A DNA stretch of 64,000 bases from Tidjanibacter sp. (GCA_017503465.1 JAFVSY010000109.1:2726-66725), one strand, 5' to 3'; positions 20,621 through 31,610 are shown, counted from the stretch's first letter. Notes: a model not told the origin generated them from the letters alone. Program-made: numbers and translations.

Positions 20621-22234
20621 ATGAAAAAGATTTTAACATATAGCATTGCGATGTTGGCGTTGGCACTGGGCGCAAGTTCGTGTACCACCGACGACCTGAT
20701 GGTTGAGTCGCAGACCAGCATCACTTCCCAGTTTGTCTACTCCACCCCCGAGGGTTTGAGCCGCGCAGTTGTGGGCCTCTATCCCAAGGACCGCTCTATG
20801 GCCACCAATGAGGCCCCCAATTATTGCGTTCTGATGATGGACTACTGCACCGACCTGATGGTCTTCCGTGGTGGTACCGCTGCCGGTATGGCTCGTTTGG
20901 ACACGCCCAAGGCAGACACCGGAACATTTGAAGAGCTCTGGAACCAATGGTATCAGATTATCGGTAAGGCCAACGAGATTATCTACCACGCCGAGCAACT
21001 CGACCCCACTATGGAGAACGACCTCGTACGCCAGGCATACGGAGAGGCAAAGTGCTTCCGCGCAAGGGCCTATTTTATGCTCTACCAGCGTTTCGAGAGG
21101 CTCTACCTGAACACCAAGCCCACCACCGTGGACAATATGGAGGGTCGTGTCTATCGTCCTTCGAGCAAGGCAGAGATTTTTGCCCAAATCAAACTCGACC
21201 TCGAGGATGCCATCGAGTATCTCGATTGGACCGCACCCAACAACGACCACGGTCGTTTGACCAAGGCTGTTGCCCACCACATCCGTGCGCAGGTTGCAAT
21301 GTGGGAGGAGGATTGGCAGGCTGCAATCGACAACTGCGAGGCCATCTTCGAGTGCCCCAACTATGGTATGATGCCCACTATGGCCGATGTGTTCAACGGC
21401 CCCAACCTCCGCAACAAAGAGGTTCTCTATGCATTCCAATTCTCCGACCAATTGGGTGGAGGTTGCACCATCTCGGATGGCGTTGCAAATGGCCACAGGT
21501 TGAGCCTTATTACCACCCCTGCGTATAGCAAGATTGGCGGTATGATGGACACCATTGAGAATGGTGGTTATGGCTGGGGACGTGTCTATCCCAACGTCTA
21601 CCTCTTTAGCCTCTACGACCAAGCAAAGGACAATCGCTACTCCACGATGTTCAAGTTCAAATACTACTACAACGACCCCGATAATCTGCCCGCAGGCAAG
21701 AACATTGGCGATGAGGTTAAGGTCGATAACTCCAACAGGGCCAACTACCTCACAGCACTTCACCCCCACTCGCTCAAGTTCTTCGATGCTTGGACCATCA
21801 CCGATGTTACCAATCGCACCTCGTTCAAGGATGCTATCGTCTATCGCTTGGCAGAGACCTACCTGATGGCTGCCGAGGCATATTTCCACAAAGATGGTGG
21901 CGCAAGCGCAAAGGCTCTGGAGTACTACAACGAGACCTATGAGCGTGCAATGGGCGAGAAGTTCACCGGAACTTTGACCCTGCAGGACCTCTTGGACGAG
22001 TATGCTCGTGAGTGCCACTTCGAGGGCGTAAGGTGGCCCTTGCTGAAGCGTCTTGGTCTGTTGGCCGACGCCGTGAAGGCGCACGCCGGCGACACCACCG
22101 CCGATGACCCCAACCTGCCCAGCAACTACATCCACGCTCGTACCAACTGGAGCGATAAGTATTGGAGGTGGCCCATCCCGCAGTCGTTCCTCGACGTGGT
22201 TGGTGCCGAATATGGTCAGAACCCCGGCTGGTAG
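20621..22234 (+). CDS. susD: SusD/RagB glycan-binding lipoprotein
   Basis: Lipobox ASSC; EAKCFRARAYF, RLAETYLMAAEA, EYARECHFEG.RW, QNPGW. Confidence 0.95.
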   Translation: MKKILTYSIAMLALALGASSCTTDDLMVESQTSITSQFVYSTPEGLSRAVVGLYPKDRSMATNEAPNYCVLMMDYCTDLMVFRGGTAAGMARLDTPKADTGTFEELWNQWYQIIGKANEIIYHAEQLDPTMENDLVRQAYGEAKCFRARAYFMLYQRFERLYLNTKPTTVDNMEGRVYRPSSKAEIFAQIKLDLEDAIEYLDWTAPNNDHGRLTKAVAHHIRAQVAMWEEDWQAAIDNCEAIFECPNYGMMPTMADVFNGPNLRNKEVLYAFQFSDQLGGGCTISDGVANGHRLSLITTPAYSKIGGMMDTIENGGYGWGRVYPNVYLFSLYDQAKDNRYSTMFKFKYYYNDPDNLPAGKNIGDEVKVDNSNRANYLTALHPHSLKFFDAWTITDVTNRTSFKDAIVYRLAETYLMAAEAYFHKDGGASAKALEYYNETYERAMGEKFTGTLTLQDLLDEYARECHFEGVRWPLLKRLGLLADAVKAHAGDTTADDPNLPSNYIHARTNWSDKYWRWPIPQSFLDVVGAEYGQNPGW

Positions 22235-22340
22235 CAAGATTGCCGCCCGGCTACTCTAAATTGTTGAAACACACATTTTTTGTTTCGCATAACACATACT
22301 TGAAAAAAAGGTAAAGGTTATTTTGGTTAATTCGTGGTTG

Positions 22341-22380
22341 CCTACTTTCGGTGCGGTCCTTCGGGGCCGCACCGGAGAGG
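22341..22380 (+). promoter_or_regulatory. Strong GC-rich cUUCGg hairpin downstream of susD
   Basis: CTTTCGGTGCGGTCC-TTCG-GGGCCGCACCGGAGAGG; no U tract after it. Confidence 0.55.
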
Positions 22381-22437
22381 CAAAAACAGACACAAACACA
22401 CAAGAGAGAGAGAACAAAGACTCACAACCACAACACT

Positions 22438-25317
22438 ATGATGATGAATTGGACTAAACGTATAGGATTGGCTCTCGCCGGCTTGGTGTGCTCGCTGGCG
22501 GCAGGAGCGCAGGTTACTATCACCAATTTGGTGCCCTTCCTGACCGACACGCAGGTGCGTATGGAGTTGCACATTGTGGCCCCCGAAGGCTTTTCGGGCA
22601 CTGCCCACGCAACCATTCGTGCGTGTGAGGACGGAGCGGAAATACACAATGCACCCCTCGGCAAGGTCAGCCTCGCCGCAAGCCCCGAAGTGCAGGTCGT
22701 TGAGTTCACCATCAACAACATCAAAGCAAACCTCTGGACCCCCGCAACCCCGCACCTCTACAACCTTGAGGTGGCCTGCGGAACAGAGAATATCACAAAA
22801 CGCATCGGCTTCCGCTCGTTTGAAATGCGCGATGGCCGCTTCTACCTCAACGGAAAACCCATCTTCCTGCGTGGTAATGCCATCAACCCTCCCAACAGGG
22901 GTATCCCCGCAGATTTGGAGGTCAGCAAGGAGTTCGCACGCGACTATGTGCGTTTCCTCAAAGGTATGAACATCAACATCATACGCATCCCCACCAACCA
23001 GAATTGGCTGGACGTGTGCGACGAGGAGGGTATGATGATTTTTGGAGGTAGGTATGGTCGCCCCCGAGTTACCGACAGCGAGAACAACCCTCCCACCAAC
23101 CTGGAAAATATCGACAAATATGTCAAATATTATATTGAAGACGAGTTCACTCCCCTCACTTGGCACCCCTCGGTGGTCATCTATGTGATGAGCAACGAGA
23201 TGCCCTACAAAGGAACGCTCGGCAAACGCTGGGACGCCTTCCTCAAGGCTTGCTACGAGGAGCTCATTGAGTGGGACCACACCCGCCCCTACATTGGTAA
23301 TGCCGGCTATGGTATGGGCCGCAACGCCGACATCTTCGACGTACACCGCTACTGGGGCTGGTACTACAACTCGTTCCTCACCTATATGAACTTGCGCAAC
23401 ACCTCCCTGTGGCAAAACGAGGGCAAGGTGCAGGCCATAACTTTCACCGAGTGTGTGGGTAACTACACCGGCATCGACGGTGCCTACAACCTCTGCTCAC
23501 GCACCAAACAGCCCGGCTCGCAGAAGTGTTGGACCGGCCATATCGCCGCCGAGGACCAAGGTGCAGCCGCCCTTGAGTATCAGGCTATGGTGCTGAAAAA
23601 CGCCACCGAGATGTTCCGCCGCTTCCGCCCCCAGAACCCCTATCTGGCAGGCGTGATGCCCTTCACAATCATCTTCCACAACTGGGATTCGGTGAAGAGT
23701 TTTGCCGAGATGAAACCCAAGCCTGTAGCCTACCAATATGGCGTAAGTTACCAGCCCCTGCTCATCAGTTGGGAGAATTGGAACCACAATGTCTATGCAG
23801 GTAGCAAGGTGGGCGTGGTTGCCCACGTGGTCAATGACGATGACCTGATGCGTGACCTGGAGGGCGCACAGGTTGTGTGGAGGCTGGAGAATATGCGCAA
23901 AATTGCCGTGGCAGAGGGCACCATCGACCTGCCCACTGTGGAATACTACGGCACTTGGTCGGCCCCATTGGAGATTGCTCTGCCCGAGTGGGTGCCCACG
24001 GGCAACTACCGCTTGGTTGGCGAGATTGTGTGGAACGGCAAGATTGTCTCGACCAACACCTCCGACCTCTATGTGGCCGGCAAGGAGTGGAAAACCCAAA
24101 ACGTGCCTACCGGCAAGGTGGCCCTCTACGACACCACGGGCACTACCGCTGCCGCATTTGACAAAAACTCTATCGCCTACACCCTCACCACCTCGGTGCC
24201 CAAAGCACGCAAGGGTGCAACCCTTGTGATTGGCGAGGAGTCGTGGGGTGAGGCTTTGGCTGCCCAAAAGCAGGCTCTGTGCGACTTTGTGAACAAGGGT
24301 GGACGTGTGTTGGTAATGCGCCAAAAGGCCGACTTCGACACCTCTTGGCTCCCCTCCACCGTGGAGATGCTTGACGAGAGCAACAACTCCCACGAGTACC
24401 TCTCGCCCGAATATACCTACTGCGATGGTATGAACATCAACATCGAGCGCAAGGAGCACCCCGTGTTTGAGGGCGTGGATATGGAGCAACTGAAGTTGTG
24501 GAGCGACTACACGGGCTACAACGAAACTATGGAGGGCTTCCCCGCCATTTACCCCGTAACCAACGGCTTCTCGGTGCGCAAGGCCGATATGGGCCGCACC
24601 GCCGTGCTGGCCAACTACAGCCGCAACCTCTCGGGCACTGCCCTGTGTGAGATGTTCAGCGGCAAGGGCTCGGTGGTGATGTGTGGCTTCGACCTCGCAG
24701 GCAGGAGTGGTGTGGACCCCGTGGCCGACCTGCTGCTGCGCAACGTGGTGGGCTATGTGGCCGGTGGCAAGAGTGAGGATGCCTGCCTACTGGTGGATGA
24801 GCCCATTTGGTGGGGCGACTTCTCCTCGGAGAGGGGCATCGTTACGGGTGCCAACAACGGCCTTGTGCTCAACACCTTCCCCATCGTACCCACCGACCAA
24901 AAGGAGAAGTGGCCATTGATGGTGGACAGCAGAGGCTACAACTATGTGGGCTCCTATGGTGGCTGGAACACCCGTCCGGGCATTCAATATGTGGGCAATG
25001 GCCGTAGGCCCTTTGCGCCCTACAACTACACCCTCGGTGGTAGCGACCAGGTGAAACCCGCCGACGAGGCACAGGGTAGTGGCTACTTTGCCGCACGTGT
25101 GCCCGAGGACAAAACCACAATGGCAACCCTGCTGGCCAACCCCTCCGAGGAGAGCATTGAGGTGAGCATCTGCATCAATGGTGGCGAGAAGGCGACCTAC
25201 ACCCTCTCCGCCGGCCAGCAGAGGCTTGTGGAGATGCCCCTGCCAATGGAGCGCAAAGTGAGGGTTGATTTTGAGGGTAGCCGCAAGTGCGTGATTTTGA
25301 TGACCGAATTCAAGTAG
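22438..25317 (+). CDS. Divergent GH2-like glycoside hydrolase
   Basis: LWTPATPHLY, IGFRSFE..DG.FYLNGKPIFLRG, HPSVVIYVMSNE (acid/base), FTEC (putative nucleophile); signal peptide. Confidence 0.75.
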   Translation: MMMNWTKRIGLALAGLVCSLAAGAQVTITNLVPFLTDTQVRMELHIVAPEGFSGTAHATIRACEDGAEIHNAPLGKVSLAASPEVQVVEFTINNIKANLWTPATPHLYNLEVACGTENITKRIGFRSFEMRDGRFYLNGKPIFLRGNAINPPNRGIPADLEVSKEFARDYVRFLKGMNINIIRIPTNQNWLDVCDEEGMMIFGGRYGRPRVTDSENNPPTNLENIDKYVKYYIEDEFTPLTWHPSVVIYVMSNEMPYKGTLGKRWDAFLKACYEELIEWDHTRPYIGNAGYGMGRNADIFDVHRYWGWYYNSFLTYMNLRNTSLWQNEGKVQAITFTECVGNYTGIDGAYNLCSRTKQPGSQKCWTGHIAAEDQGAAALEYQAMVLKNATEMFRRFRPQNPYLAGVMPFTIIFHNWDSVKSFAEMKPKPVAYQYGVSYQPLLISWENWNHNVYAGSKVGVVAHVVNDDDLMRDLEGAQVVWRLENMRKIAVAEGTIDLPTVEYYGTWSAPLEIALPEWVPTGNYRLVGEIVWNGKIVSTNTSDLYVAGKEWKTQNVPTGKVALYDTTGTTAAAFDKNSIAYTLTTSVPKARKGATLVIGEESWGEALAAQKQALCDFVNKGGRVLVMRQKADFDTSWLPSTVEMLDESNNSHEYLSPEYTYCDGMNINIERKEHPVFEGVDMEQLKLWSDYTGYNETMEGFPAIYPVTNGFSVRKADMGRTAVLANYSRNLSGTALCEMFSGKGSVVMCGFDLAGRSGVDPVADLLLRNVVGYVAGGKSEDACLLVDEPIWWGDFSSERGIVTGANNGLVLNTFPIVPTDQKEKWPLMVDSRGYNYVGSYGGWNTRPGIQYVGNGRRPFAPYNYTLGGSDQVKPADEAQGSGYFAARVPEDKTTMATLLANPSEESIEVSICINGGEKATYTLSAGQQRLVEMPLPMERKVRVDFEGSRKCVILMTEFK

Positions 25318-25368
25318 ACTAACAATAACCCAAGCGGACACCGCTGTCCGCCGAAATGAGCAAAGGAT

Positions 25369-28300
25369 ATGAGAAACCTGCGATACATACTGTTGGGCAT
25401 AGCGTGCAGTGTGGCCACTCTGGCTGCCGAGGCACAAACAAACCTCTTCTGTGGAGCCTCGGTGGAGGCCTCTTCGACCAACCCTCGCACCGAGGTGCAG
25501 ATGGCTGTGGACGGCAAGTTCACCCGCCGCACCACTTGGGAGTCGGCACCCACCTCGCGCCCGCCCCACATCCTGGAGGTAACCCTGCCCCGCTACTGCG
25601 ACATCGACTCGATTGTGATTTACACGGGTATTCCCGAGAAGGAGAAAAAGCAGGCCGAGAGGGGGCAGCACGATGGTTTTTGGTGTGTGAAGAACTTCAT
25701 CCTTCAGTATTGGGACGATGCCAACTGGACCGACATTGAGGGTACGCTCACCACAGAAAACCGCCTCGACAGAGTGTCGTTCACATTCAAGACCCCCATC
25801 ACCTCCTTCAAATTCCGCATCCACAGCACCGATGGCGAGCCCATCCGCATTATGGAGTTTGAGGGTTGGGGCCGAGTGAACAAGCAGATGGCCAAGCCCG
25901 CACCCGTGAACACCCCCTCGTTGCAACAAGAGGGCGATGGGGCTGGCAGGCACGCCACCATCAAGGCCACCGTCTACCCCGAGCAGGTGGGCCACACGAT
26001 GCAGTATGTGGGCTACAATCAGGGCTACCTTGTGCCCGGAGGAAACGCACCCGCTTGGTTGGAGTATGCCGACGTGAACGCTGTGCGCCTGTGGGCCGAC
26101 GGCGAGACCTACATCAACGAGAAGTGGATTGACACCACCAGCAAGGTGGCCTCGGCCGAGGAGTTTGAGCGACTGAAAGCCGACCTGCTGGCCGACCCCG
26201 AAAGCGAAAAGTATCTCAAGTGGAGCCAGATTGAGCAGAAGGCCGAAACACTTGTCAATTCCACCAACACAATGGTCTTTGGCTACGCCCTCGACCAACT
26301 CAAGAGCATTGGTGCCGACGTGCTCATCCAGAGCGGCTTTGGCAAGAAGCGCTACGACTCCTCGTGGCAAAACAAGTGGACCATCTGGCAGCAGTTCTAT
26401 GGGCTGGCCTTCTATGCCGCACGCAGGGGCGATGTGTCGATGTTTGCGATGAAAAACGAGCCCAACCACCGCCACTCGGGCCCTATGCCCCTCGACCTCT
26501 ATGTGGAGTTGATGAAGGTGGCTTCCGATGCGGTACACTGCGCTGTAGCCGATGTGAACAGGCTCTATGGTAAGAGTCTTGATTGCCGCTTTGTGGGCCC
26601 CGTGACGGCGGGCACCAACACCAACTGGTGGGCCGCAGTGGCAGCCTCCGAGGGCACCGACTACCTGGGCCGACCGATGACCACCAGGGAGAACGTGCAA
26701 CTCTTCTCCACCCACTCCTACAACATCCCCGCCGTGGGCTACAAAGGCAAGGTGGAGAGTATCGACAAGATTCTCAAGGCCAACCATCCGGAGGGTAAGA
26801 CCAAGCCCGTGATTTTCACCGAGATTGGTCGCTGGATGAACGCCTACCTGATTGATAAGTACGAAACGATGGACTCGCCCTCGCTCTTTGTGGAGTGGGC
26901 GGGCACCTACACCCAGAATATGCTCGGAGGGGGCTATGGTATGTGGGCCTTCAAGTTTGCCAACACCGCCAGCAGCACCTATCCGCAGGGTATCAAATCG
27001 GGCCATCACTACACCTGGAAGGGCCTTCGCTATGCCGAGGATGCGATGGATAACATCGCTTTGGGATGCCCCGTGGAGGTGTGTGGCACCGACCAACTCT
27101 TCTCGGCCGAGGCTCTGACCGATGGCGACAAGAGCGATTCCTCGGTGTGGGCATTCACTGCCGATGGGCCCAAGAGCATAACCATTGACCTCGGAGGCGA
27201 GAGGGAGATTGGTGCCCTTACCATCTACTCGGGCTCCTCCTATGGAGTCTTTACCGCCCCCGACCGTGTGCGTAAGTTCAAGACCGAGGTGTTGTGCGAC
27301 GGAGTGTGGACCACCGTGAAGGAGGCCACCCAGGAGAACAACCGCTATGGTCGCTGCGGAATCTTGTTGCGCAAGGTGGTCAAGGGCGAAAAGGTGCGCC
27401 TGACCTTTGCCGACCAGGGCCGTGCCCTTGTGAGGGAGGTGAAAGTCTTTGCTCCCAACGAGGAGGCCATTGAGAAGGGATGCTTCGACGTTGCCGGCAC
27501 CCAGCGCACCGCACAAACCGTAAGGCTCTTTGCCAAGGGCTTCAAGCAGCAGAGGCCTCTGTTGCGCACCGACCTCTCCGTGAGGAGCGACGACCTCGAC
27601 GTGTGCACCTCGCAGGATGAGCAGGGCAACACCTATGTGTGGATAGTTCAGCGTGGGGTTCACACCTCCCGTTTGGAGCTTGATATGAGAAGATTGGGCG
27701 TTGAGCCCAACACTCCTCTGCTGTGTGAGGAGGTGAGCCACGAACACTATGGCGATGGTCGCATCCTTGCCACCGACCGCTATGGAGTGCTCAATATGAC
27801 CATTCCCGCCCAGAGCGTAACCTTGTTGAGCCTGCACGCTCCGAAGGCCGAGATGCAGACCATCCGAGCCACCCGCACCACCACCCTCTCGTTGGGCGAG
27901 GCCACGATGGGCCCCAAAGGCTACACCACCGTGGAGATGAATGCCGCAGGCGCAGACCACAATGCCGTTACGGCCATCGACTTTGACCTCACGGACGTGG
28001 ACACCGCTTCGGCTGGCCGCATTGTGGTTGGCGTGAGTGGCAAGAGTAACGACGAAGCCCCCTATCGTCTGCACGCCTACGTGGTGGAGAGCAAGGCCGG
28101 CAGTGTGCGCAAGTGGAGCAACGTGGAGCAACTCCACCCCACCCAGAGCCGCATCGTAGGTGGCAACTATAAGGTTGCGGGCGAGATTTCGTTCCGTGGC
28201 GAGGAGAGTTACTATTGGCTCGATCTCACCAAAGCCCTCAAACGCCTCGGTGTAGACCACTGCACCCTGCTGCTCGTGAGGGAGTTGCGTGAGCCCGGCG

Positions 28301-28377
28301 ACGACCTCGACAAGGGCCGCAGTGCCTTCATTGCAGGCCACAAGTCGCCCACGGCACCCGTGCTCAAAGTGTGGTAG
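25369..28377 (+). CDS. Secreted protein: two discoidin/CBM32-like domains flanking a putative clan GH-A catalytic barrel
   Basis: AVDG...TTWES and LTDGD...W...ITIDLG discoidin motifs; central KNEPNH and IFTEIG. Confidence 0.6.
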   Translation: MRNLRYILLGIACSVATLAAEAQTNLFCGASVEASSTNPRTEVQMAVDGKFTRRTTWESAPTSRPPHILEVTLPRYCDIDSIVIYTGIPEKEKKQAERGQHDGFWCVKNFILQYWDDANWTDIEGTLTTENRLDRVSFTFKTPITSFKFRIHSTDGEPIRIMEFEGWGRVNKQMAKPAPVNTPSLQQEGDGAGRHATIKATVYPEQVGHTMQYVGYNQGYLVPGGNAPAWLEYADVNAVRLWADGETYINEKWIDTTSKVASAEEFERLKADLLADPESEKYLKWSQIEQKAETLVNSTNTMVFGYALDQLKSIGADVLIQSGFGKKRYDSSWQNKWTIWQQFYGLAFYAARRGDVSMFAMKNEPNHRHSGPMPLDLYVELMKVASDAVHCAVADVNRLYGKSLDCRFVGPVTAGTNTNWWAAVAASEGTDYLGRPMTTRENVQLFSTHSYNIPAVGYKGKVESIDKILKANHPEGKTKPVIFTEIGRWMNAYLIDKYETMDSPSLFVEWAGTYTQNMLGGGYGMWAFKFANTASSTYPQGIKSGHHYTWKGLRYAEDAMDNIALGCPVEVCGTDQLFSAEALTDGDKSDSSVWAFTADGPKSITIDLGGEREIGALTIYSGSSYGVFTAPDRVRKFKTEVLCDGVWTTVKEATQENNRYGRCGILLRKVVKGEKVRLTFADQGRALVREVKVFAPNEEAIEKGCFDVAGTQRTAQTVRLFAKGFKQQRPLLRTDLSVRSDDLDVCTSQDEQGNTYVWIVQRGVHTSRLELDMRRLGVEPNTPLLCEEVSHEHYGDGRILATDRYGVLNMTIPAQSVTLLSLHAPKAEMQTIRATRTTTLSLGEATMGPKGYTTVEMNAAGADHNAVTAIDFDLTDVDTASAGRIVVGVSGKSNDEAPYRLHAYVVESKAGSVRKWSNVEQLHPTQSRIVGGNYKVAGEISFRGEESYYWLDLTKALKRLGVDHCTLLLVRELREPGDDLDKGRSAFIAGHKSPTAPVLKVW

Positions 28378-28448
28378 GCCTACACGAAAGACGAGATAGA
28401 GAGAGAAAGCACATACGATATATACAAATATAGGTACAAACAACAGAG

Positions 28449-30257
28449 ATGAAACAATTTGGTTTTGCGATTTTGGCAGCGTTACTGCTGTGCGGTTGCG
28501 GTGGCGACCTTGTGAACAACAATCCCACAACCTACTGCAACCCCATTGACTTGGACTATGGGTGGGGCACCTTCAAGCCCAAAGACCCCGACGCACGCAC
28601 ATCGGCCGACCCCGTGATGGTCTACTTCAAGGACAAATACTACCTCTTTGCCACCCACGACATTGGTGGCTACAGGGTGTCGGACGACCTGATGAATTGG
28701 AAAAACGTCTTTTTCAACAAGGAGGTCGAGGAGGCTGCTCTTAACAATGGAAGTTATACAGCCCCCGCCGTGGCTGCCGATGAGAACTATATGTACTTCA
28801 TCAAACTCAACCGCGACCGCAAGCAAAAAACCGTGAAGATTGTGCGCTCGGCCGAGCCCGACAAGGGCTTGTGGGAGGTGTGTGGCGAGATTCCCCGCTG
28901 CTCCGACCCCTCGCTGTTTATTGATGGTGGGCGCTACTTTGTGTTCCACGGCCTGGGCACCGACCAGTCTATCAAGTGCTTTGAGTTGGACCCCGCAACG
29001 ATGACTATGATTGAGGGCTCGGAGCGACTGCTGATGGACTACATCACCGATGTGAACGACTGCGAGGCCGGCTACCACTTTGGCCGCCGTGAGGTGTGGG
29101 ACGAGATTGAGGCTCCCGAGTGGAGGGGTAAGTTCAAATGGCTCCCCTGCCCCGAGGGCTCGTGGATTGTCAAGAGAGGCGACACCTACTACCTGCAATT
29201 TGCCACCCCCGGCACCTTGTCGGTGTGGTACTGCGACGTGGTGATGACCAGCAAGCAGCCCAACGAGGGTTTCCGTGTGGAGCCCTACAACCCCGTGTCG
29301 CTCAAAGTGGGCGGCTTCATCGGTAGTGCGGGCCACAGCTGCACCTTCAAGGACAGGAACGACAACTGGTGGGAGATTTCCACAATGTGGGTGGGCAACC
29401 ACAACCCCTTTGAGCGCAGGCTCGGACTCTTCCCCGTGCACTTCGACGAGCAGGGCCGTATGAGCGTTAAGACCACCCTCGGCGACCTGCCTATGGTGAT
29501 GCACCAAGAGAACTTCGATGCCTCGAAGGGTAACAGCGCAGGCTGGTGGTTGCTCTCGAAGGATAAGGTTTGCACCGCATCGTCTACATTGGAGGGCTTC
29601 CCCGTGGAGAACGCTTCGGACGAGAATGTGCGCACCTGGTGGTCGGCTGCCAGCGGCGACAAGGGTGAGTGGCTGACAATGGACCTCGGTGCTGCAAAGA
29701 CCATCCGTGCCATCCAGCTCAACTTTGCCGAGCAGGATTGGGATATGGCTCTGGCCAAAGGTGGCGAGGACTACACCGCCTACAAACTCTACTGGTCGCT
29801 CGATGGCGAGAAGTGGAGCCTTGTGGCCGACCGCAGCAAGAATAAGACCTCCAATGCCCACGACTACCTCGAACTCAAAGAGCCCCTCACGGCTCGTTAC
29901 CTGAAGGTGGTGAACTACCACGCAACTTCGGGTGGCAAGTTTGGTGTGCGTGATTTGAGGGTGTTTGGCCACGGCGGTGGCGAGGCTCCCGCACAGGTGC
30001 AGGGCATTGAGGCCACAAGGTGCCGCAAGGACGAGAGGTTTGGCGACGTGAAGTGGGAGCCCGTGGAGGGTGCCGAGGGCTACCTCGTGCGCTTTGGCAT
30101 TGCGCCAGACTACCTCAACCAGACCATTCAAGTGAACGATGGCAAGAAGTGCTCGCTTGCGCTGCACATCCTCACCAAGGGTGTGGACTACTACTACACC
30201 GTTGATGCCTACAACGAAAATGGCCTCACGGAGGGTGCCGTTGTGAAGGAGAAATAG
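28449..30257 (+). CDS. GH43 family glycoside hydrolase with CBM32/discoidin and Fn3 domains, lipoprotein
   Basis: TYCNPIDLDY, ADP, DPSLF.D, EGSW, GHS, FERRLG; DENVRTWWSA. Confidence 0.85.
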   Translation: MKQFGFAILAALLLCGCGGDLVNNNPTTYCNPIDLDYGWGTFKPKDPDARTSADPVMVYFKDKYYLFATHDIGGYRVSDDLMNWKNVFFNKEVEEAALNNGSYTAPAVAADENYMYFIKLNRDRKQKTVKIVRSAEPDKGLWEVCGEIPRCSDPSLFIDGGRYFVFHGLGTDQSIKCFELDPATMTMIEGSERLLMDYITDVNDCEAGYHFGRREVWDEIEAPEWRGKFKWLPCPEGSWIVKRGDTYYLQFATPGTLSVWYCDVVMTSKQPNEGFRVEPYNPVSLKVGGFIGSAGHSCTFKDRNDNWWEISTMWVGNHNPFERRLGLFPVHFDEQGRMSVKTTLGDLPMVMHQENFDASKGNSAGWWLLSKDKVCTASSTLEGFPVENASDENVRTWWSAASGDKGEWLTMDLGAAKTIRAIQLNFAEQDWDMALAKGGEDYTAYKLYWSLDGEKWSLVADRSKNKTSNAHDYLELKEPLTARYLKVVNYHATSGGKFGVRDLRVFGHGGGEAPAQVQGIEATRCRKDERFGDVKWEPVEGAEGYLVRFGIAPDYLNQTIQVNDGKKCSLALHILTKGVDYYYTVDAYNENGLTEGAVVKEK

Positions 30258-30320
30258 AGCGAAGATGACAAAACACAATAAACACAATTCAATAATTAAC
30301 CTAACAAAACAAAAAGACCT

Positions 30321-31610
30321 ATGAAAAAGATTTTCTATTTGGCAAGCATCGCCGTTGCAGCGTTGGTAATGGGATGTACATCAGGTGAGGAGGGTGGCGA
30401 AATCCAGCAGGAGGAGTACACCCCCGCAACCGTGAGCGTTGAGCCTTCGGCTCTGAATGTGGCCAAGACCAAGGGTGCAACTGCCACCGCTACCGTAACC
30501 TCCGACAGCGAGGTGTTGAGTGCCGAGGTGGACTACTCGGCCGCTTCGTGGTTGAGCGCAAAGTTGGAGGGCACCACCCTGACCGTTACCACCACCGCTG
30601 CCAACACACAGCCTGCTGCTCGCGTGGGTGTTGTACACATTAGTGCCGGCGAGGGTATCAACACCACCACCATTGATGTGACAGTTACCCAGGCTCTGGA
30701 GGATGAGATTGCTCCCACCCTTGCCCTCGGTGCAAAAGAGGCCAAGTTGGGTGGCGCCGAGGCTGCTTTGGCAATCATCTCCTACGAGAGCAATATGACC
30801 GACGTTACCGTTGCTGTTGCCGAGGATGGCAAGGCTTGGTTGAAGGCAGAGAAGGACGACAAGAACATCACCCTTACTGCTCTGTCGGCTAACGAAAGTG
30901 ACGCCGAGCGTAGCACCACCGTTACCGTAACTGCCAAGAACACCAAGGGTACTGCCATTAGCGAAACCATCGCTGTAACCCAAGATAAGAAGGCAGCCGA
31001 AGGCACCATTGCTATTGGCGCAACCGTTGAGGGTGGCGTACTATTCTGGATTTCGGAGGATGGCAAGAAGGGTAAAGTGCTCTATCCCTATGGTGAGAAG
31101 AAACCTTGGAGTCCTAAGGTTATCAATGGTGCTTCTGCCGATGTGGCCGAAGCCATTGACCCCGAAGATGGTACAGTTAACGTGGCTGCAATGAAGGCCT
31201 TTGCAACTGCCAACAGCGTTGACTTTGCTGCCACCTTCCCCGCTGCTGCCTACTGCGACAACATTGCAGGTGGCGGTTGGTACCTGCCTGCACGCAAGGA
31301 GCTTGTTGCTCTGTTTGAGGCATACAATGGCACCAAAGCAGAAGAGGCAACAGAGGATAATCACGAGAATATTACTGCTGCTGAGTTGGCTGCACGAACT
31401 GCATTCGAGGGCTACATCTTGGCCTGCGCTGCCGATGGTACCATTCTTGATCCCAAGAAAGGAACTGGCGATAGCGCATTCTCGAGCACACAGGCAAGTG
31501 CCACTAATGCTTGGGTTATTCGTTGGGGTAAATATATGGAGACCAAAGACAACACCGGCAAGCACAGCAATTCGCGCTATGCACGTTGTATCAAGGTTGT
31601 GAACTTGTAG
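30321..31610 (+). CDS. Surface lipoprotein with two BACON domains and a C-terminal DUF1566/C-type-lectin-like domain
   Basis: Lipobox VMGC; two W-L...AN...R...VTVTQ repeats; GVLFW...WYLPARKEL...SST...ARCIK. Confidence 0.75.
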   Translation: MKKIFYLASIAVAALVMGCTSGEEGGEIQQEEYTPATVSVEPSALNVAKTKGATATATVTSDSEVLSAEVDYSAASWLSAKLEGTTLTVTTTAANTQPAARVGVVHISAGEGINTTTIDVTVTQALEDEIAPTLALGAKEAKLGGAEAALAIISYESNMTDVTVAVAEDGKAWLKAEKDDKNITLTALSANESDAERSTTVTVTAKNTKGTAISETIAVTQDKKAAEGTIAIGATVEGGVLFWISEDGKKGKVLYPYGEKKPWSPKVINGASADVAEAIDPEDGTVNVAAMKAFATANSVDFAATFPAAAYCDNIAGGGWYLPARKELVALFEAYNGTKAEEATEDNHENITAAELAARTAFEGYILACAADGTILDPKKGTGDSAFSSTQASATNAWVIRWGKYMETKDNTGKHSNSRYARCIKVVNL

